Source of the DNA: an uncultured Pelagibacteraceae bacterium
Lineage (GTDB): Bacteria; Pseudomonadota; Alphaproteobacteria; Pelagibacterales; Pelagibacteraceae
DNA: 64,000 bases
NCBI GenBank assembly: GCA_902578935.1
Contig: CACHEU010000004.1
Location: forward strand, 16,523-80,522
Direction of reading: 5' to 3'
The number at the start of each line of letters is the position of its first letter. The first letter of the stretch is position 1. The notes beneath the pieces were generated by a model that saw only the letters and a program-made list of their open reading frames with translations, had not been told where the DNA came from and did not search any database. This document shows, piece by piece, positions 60,767 to 64,000 of the stretch. The position numbers and the translations under genes are program-made.

Positions 60767-61317
60767 TGATATTAAAACTAATCAAATTTAATTGTGTAAA
60801 AAGCACAAATGATGAAGCAATAAAAATCATTAGATCTAAGAAAAATTCAAAAGGAATTGTTATTTCTAATTTTCAAACAAAAGGCAGAGGAACAATGGGA
60901 AAAAAATGGATTTCTCACAAAGGAAATTTTTTTGTAAGTATATTTTTTGAGCTCAAGAAATCTATGCCTGATTTTAAGGAATTTTCTTTAATTAATCCTC
61001 TTATTGTAAAAAAAACATTAAAAGAATATTCTTCTCAACAAGTCAAAATTAAATGGCCAAATGATTTGTTAATAAGAAATAGGAAAGTTTGTGGTATTTT
61101 GCAGGAATTAATTCAATTCGAAAAAAAATTTTTTTTAATAATTGGAATTGGAATAAACACAGTTTCTTCACCTAAGACAAAATCATTTAGAGGCACATCA
61201 ATACTAGAGTCTTCTAATAAATTAGTAGACAACTCCAGGATCTTAAAAAGTTTAAAAAAAAACTATGAAACTATTTTTCGTAATTATAAATTTAATAAGA
61301 AGTTGCTAAAAAAATGA
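60766..61317 (+). CDS. birA: Biotin--[acetyl-CoA-carboxylase] ligase, unusually short (183 aa)
   Basis: GRGTMGKKW (GRGRxGRxW-type) and KWPNDLL motifs of the BPL catalytic core. No HTH domain and little room for the C-terminal domain. Confidence 0.8.
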   Translation: MILKLIKFNCVKSTNDEAIKIIRSKKNSKGIVISNFQTKGRGTMGKKWISHKGNFFVSIFFELKKSMPDFKEFSLINPLIVKKTLKEYSSQQVKIKWPNDLLIRNRKVCGILQELIQFEKKFFLIIGIGINTVSSPKTKSFRGTSILESSNKLVDNSRILKSLKKNYETIFRNYKFNKKLLKK

Positions 61318-62072
61318 ATTATTTAATTGCCGATATAGGAAATACAAATATAAAAATTTGCAAAATAAACAAAAATTTTAAAGTAATAAACACATATTTG
61401 TTTCAAACAAAAAATTCTAATTTGGAAAGAGATTTAAAAAGAAAGTTAAGACATTTGATAAAGAAAAATACCAATAAGAAAGTTCTTTTTTCTAGCGTCG
61501 TTCCAAAAGTTTACAAAAAGATTGTAAAAATTTTTAAAAAAAAAAAGTTAAAAGTTTTTGAAATAAAAGAATTTAATTTAAAAAAAATTATGAAATTTAA
61601 AGTAAAAAAGTATTCTCAACTAGGATCAGACAGAATAGCCAATGCAATTGGTGCATACTATAAGTTTAAAACAAACTGTATTGTGATAGATTTTGGAACC
61701 GCAACTACTTTTGATGTTATTAAAAAAAAAGGTGGCTATGACGGAGGAGTTATAGCGCCTGGAATCAAACTTTCTATTGAAAATCTATTTTCATCCACAG
61801 CTCTTTTACCAATGTTCCAATTAAAAAAATATCCAAAAAACTATGGAAAAAATACAAAGGAAGCTTTGGCTTCTGGTTTTTTTTGGGGTTATGAAGGATT
61901 AATAAATAATATCATTAAAAAAATAGTTAAAAAAAATGGCATAAATTTTAAAATAGTATTAACTGGTGGTTATTCTTATTTTTTTAAAAATAAATTAATT
62001 AAAAAAGTAAAAATCGAAAACGATATAACCATGCAAGGTATTATAAAGATTTATAAAGATTTTCTCATATGA
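61314..62072 (+). CDS. coaX: Type III pantothenate kinase
   Basis: LIADIGNTNIK N-terminus, GSDRIANAIG, IDFGTATTFD motifs. 252 aa. Confidence 0.93.
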   Translation: MNYLIADIGNTNIKICKINKNFKVINTYLFQTKNSNLERDLKRKLRHLIKKNTNKKVLFSSVVPKVYKKIVKIFKKKKLKVFEIKEFNLKKIMKFKVKKYSQLGSDRIANAIGAYYKFKTNCIVIDFGTATTFDVIKKKGGYDGGVIAPGIKLSIENLFSSTALLPMFQLKKYPKNYGKNTKEALASGFFWGYEGLINNIIKKIVKKNGINFKIVLTGGYSYFFKNKLIKKVKIENDITMQGIIKIYKDFLI

Positions 62073-63730
62073 AGAAAGAAGAATTAATTTTTTGCCCACT
62101 TGGCGGCTCAGGAGAGATAGGTATGAACATGAATCTATTTGCCTATGGAAACGAAACTAATCAAAAATGGATTATAGTTGATACAGGAGTAACTTTTGCA
62201 GACGATTCTATTCCTGGTATTGATTTAATTTATCCTGACCCAGGATTTATAATTGATAAAAAAGATGACTTACTCGGAATAGTGCTAACGCATGCTCATG
62301 AAGATCATATTGGTGCTATCTCACATATTTGGCCAGATTTAAAATGTGATATCTACGCGACACCTTTTACAGCTGTTCTGATAAAAGAAAAATTTAAAGA
62401 AAAAAAGATTGATATAACTTCAAGTTTAAAAATTGTGAAATTAAATGGTAATATTAAGCTTGGTCCATTTGATATAGAATTTGTTACTTTAACCCATTCC
62501 ATTTTAGAGCCGAATGGTTTGAGCATAAAAACTCCGTCCGGAACAGTATTGCATACAGGAGATTGGAAAGTGGATCCAAACCCTTTAATTGGAGATAAAA
62601 TAAATGAAAAAAAACTTAAAGAAATTGGAAATAGCAAAGTTCTTGCAATGATTTGTGATTCAACAAATATTTTTAGTCCAGGGAGAGCAGGATCAGAATC
62701 GGATGTTAGGGAGAGTCTTTTGAAAATAATGTCGCTTAAGTCTAAACGCATTGTTGTTACATCTTTTGCTTCGAATGTTGCGAGAATGGAGACAGTATTT
62801 TATTGTGCAGAAAAAATTAATAGAGAGATTTCTTTAGTTGGGAGATCAATGAATAGAATTTTTAAAGCAGCAAAACAATGTGGTTACTTACAGAATGTAA
62901 AAAACCCAATAGACCCTAGGGATTCTAAAAAATTTCCAAGAGAAAAAATTGTATATTTATGTACCGGTAGCCAAGGAGAACCTATGGGTGCTTTAAAAAG
63001 GATTGTAAAAGGAATTCATCCAGATGTTTTTTTAGAAAAAGATGATACTATAATATTTTCTTCAAAAATAATTCCTGGCAATGAAAAAAAACTATATTCA
63101 TTACACAATGATATAGTAAAACAAGATATTGAGCTTGTGACCGAAGAAACAGATTTTGTTCATGTATCAGGTCATCCTAATAGAGAAGATTTAAAGGATA
63201 TGTATAATTGGGTAAAACCCAACTCAATAATTCCTGTGCACGGTGAACACAGGCATATGAACGAACACATAAGATTTGCAAAAGAAATGCAAATTCCTCA
63301 TGCTTTAAGAGTTGAAAACGGAGATATTATAAGAATTTTTCCTGGTAAGAATCCTGAAATAGTTGATAAGGCACCATCTGGAAGAATGTATTTAGATGGG
63401 AATATTGGTGTTGGAGAAAATTCTCCCTCAATTAAAGAAAGAAAGAATATATCTCAAAACGGATATTTAGAAATTACGCTTATATTAAGCAATAGCGGAA
63501 AGTTAAATAAACCGATAATATCGTACAGAGGTATTCCAGAACATAATTTTGATGAAAAAATTGTTTTTGAAATGGAAGATGAAATTTTTAACACTTGCAG
63601 AACATTTTCAATGAAAAATAGAAATCAAGAAAAAAATTTGATTGAATTAGTAAAACAAAATTGTAGAAAAATTATTAAAGCCAAAACTGGAAAAAAACCT
63701 TTTACCAACATAAATATTGCAAGATTATAA
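62069..63730 (+). CDS. rnj: Ribonuclease J (metallo-beta-lactamase / beta-CASP family)
   Basis: [10 protein letters not shown] (HxHxDH), beta-CASP region, [10 protein letters not shown] and PVHGEHRH motifs. 553 aa. Confidence 0.92.
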   Translation: MKKEELIFCPLGGSGEIGMNMNLFAYGNETNQKWIIVDTGVTFADDSIPGIDLIYPDPGFIIDKKDDLLGIVLTHAHEDHIGAISHIWPDLKCDIYATPFTAVLIKEKFKEKKIDITSSLKIVKLNGNIKLGPFDIEFVTLTHSILEPNGLSIKTPSGTVLHTGDWKVDPNPLIGDKINEKKLKEIGNSKVLAMICDSTNIFSPGRAGSESDVRESLLKIMSLKSKRIVVTSFASNVARMETVFYCAEKINREISLVGRSMNRIFKAAKQCGYLQNVKNPIDPRDSKKFPREKIVYLCTGSQGEPMGALKRIVKGIHPDVFLEKDDTIIFSSKIIPGNEKKLYSLHNDIVKQDIELVTEETDFVHVSGHPNREDLKDMYNWVKPNSIIPVHGEHRHMNEHIRFAKEMQIPHALRVENGDIIRIFPGKNPEIVDKAPSGRMYLDGNIGVGENSPSIKERKNISQNGYLEITLILSNSGKLNKPIISYRGIPEHNFDEKIVFEMEDEIFNTCRTFSMKNRNQEKNLIELVKQNCRKIIKAKTGKKPFTNINIARL

Positions 63731-64000
63731 TGCTATTATCAAAATTATTTATTCCTATTACAAAAGATTTACCGGCAGAAGCAAAAATAAAGTCGCACCA
63801 ACTTATGTTGAGAACAGGAATGATAAGACAATCGTCAGCTGGAATTTATTCATGGTTGCCACTAGGTTTCAAGATTATGAAGAAGATAGAAAAAATTGTT
63901 AGGGAAGAGCAAAATAATATTGGTGCCCAAGAAATGTTGATGCCAACCATACAATCCGCAGATATATGGAAAGAGAGCGGTCGGTATGATGATTACGGTG
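63730..64000 (+). CDS. proS: Proline--tRNA ligase, N-terminal part (3' end outside window)
   Basis: ATG 63730 (TAATG overlap with rnj). [46 protein letters not shown]...[11 protein letters not shown] matches the ProRS N-terminus. Confidence 0.92.
   Translation, partial: MLLSKLFIPITKDLPAEAKIKSHQLMLRTGMIRQSSAGIYSWLPLGFKIMKKIEKIVREEQNNIGAQEMLMPTIQSADIWKESGRYDDYG

Noticed and set aside
1-64000. CRISPR arrays, insertion sequences, prophage, toxin-antitoxin or defence systems
   Set aside because: I saw no direct-repeat/spacer arrays, no transposase, integrase or recombinase ORFs, no terminal inverted repeats, and no ORFs with nuclease/ATPase defence-like architectures. Every ORF over 100 aa that is not a shadow ORF gets a housekeeping or metabolic assignment, except the membrane protein at 885-1586.

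Overview
Very AT-rich, extremely gene-dense alphaproteobacterial chromosome segment. It looks like a streamlined SAR11/Pelagibacterales-type genome: many ATGA/TAATG start-stop overlaps, spacers of a few nt, and only one recognisable regulator (IscR). That taxonomic call is an inference from composition and synteny, not a database match. I support about 66 CDS, 3 tRNAs and 1 candidate structured RNA.

Order of content:
- mnmA (3' part), then a GC-rich RNA candidate and a membrane protein
- accC-accB-aroQ (minus strand), thiS-thiG, rne, mrcA
- prfB with its classical programmed +1 frameshift, an AsmA-like protein, tyrS, anmK, an alpha/beta hydrolase
- an 8-gene iscR-sufBCDS-sufU-sufT-sufA operon, glnA, nnrD, a ybaK-like gene, an EamA transporter, a GT4 (WecA-like) transferase
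- an accessory-looking catabolic block: a cytoplasmic sulfatase-family enzyme, TRAP dctQM/dctP, an FAH-family enzyme, an extradiol dioxygenase, an MhpA-like flavin monooxygenase and a BKACE enzyme
- tRNA-Leu, tig-clpP-clpX-lon
- an 847-aa three-domain sugar-modifying fusion protein, a small repeat protein, acetoacetyl-CoA synthetase, a zinc-ribbon membrane protein
- tRNA-Val and tRNA-Asp, the complete nuoA-N operon, birA-coaX-rnj, and the start of proS

I saw no transposases, integrases, phage genes, CRISPR arrays or recognisable defence genes. Most of the window is ordinary core genome. The items worth a second look are:
- the unassigned structured RNA at ~693-880
- the sulfatase/TRAP/ring-cleavage module at 26.5-35.2 kb
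- the SDR-cupin-C-methyltransferase fusion at 41.2-43.7 kb
- the tandem-repeat mini-protein translationally coupled to acetoacetyl-CoA synthetase
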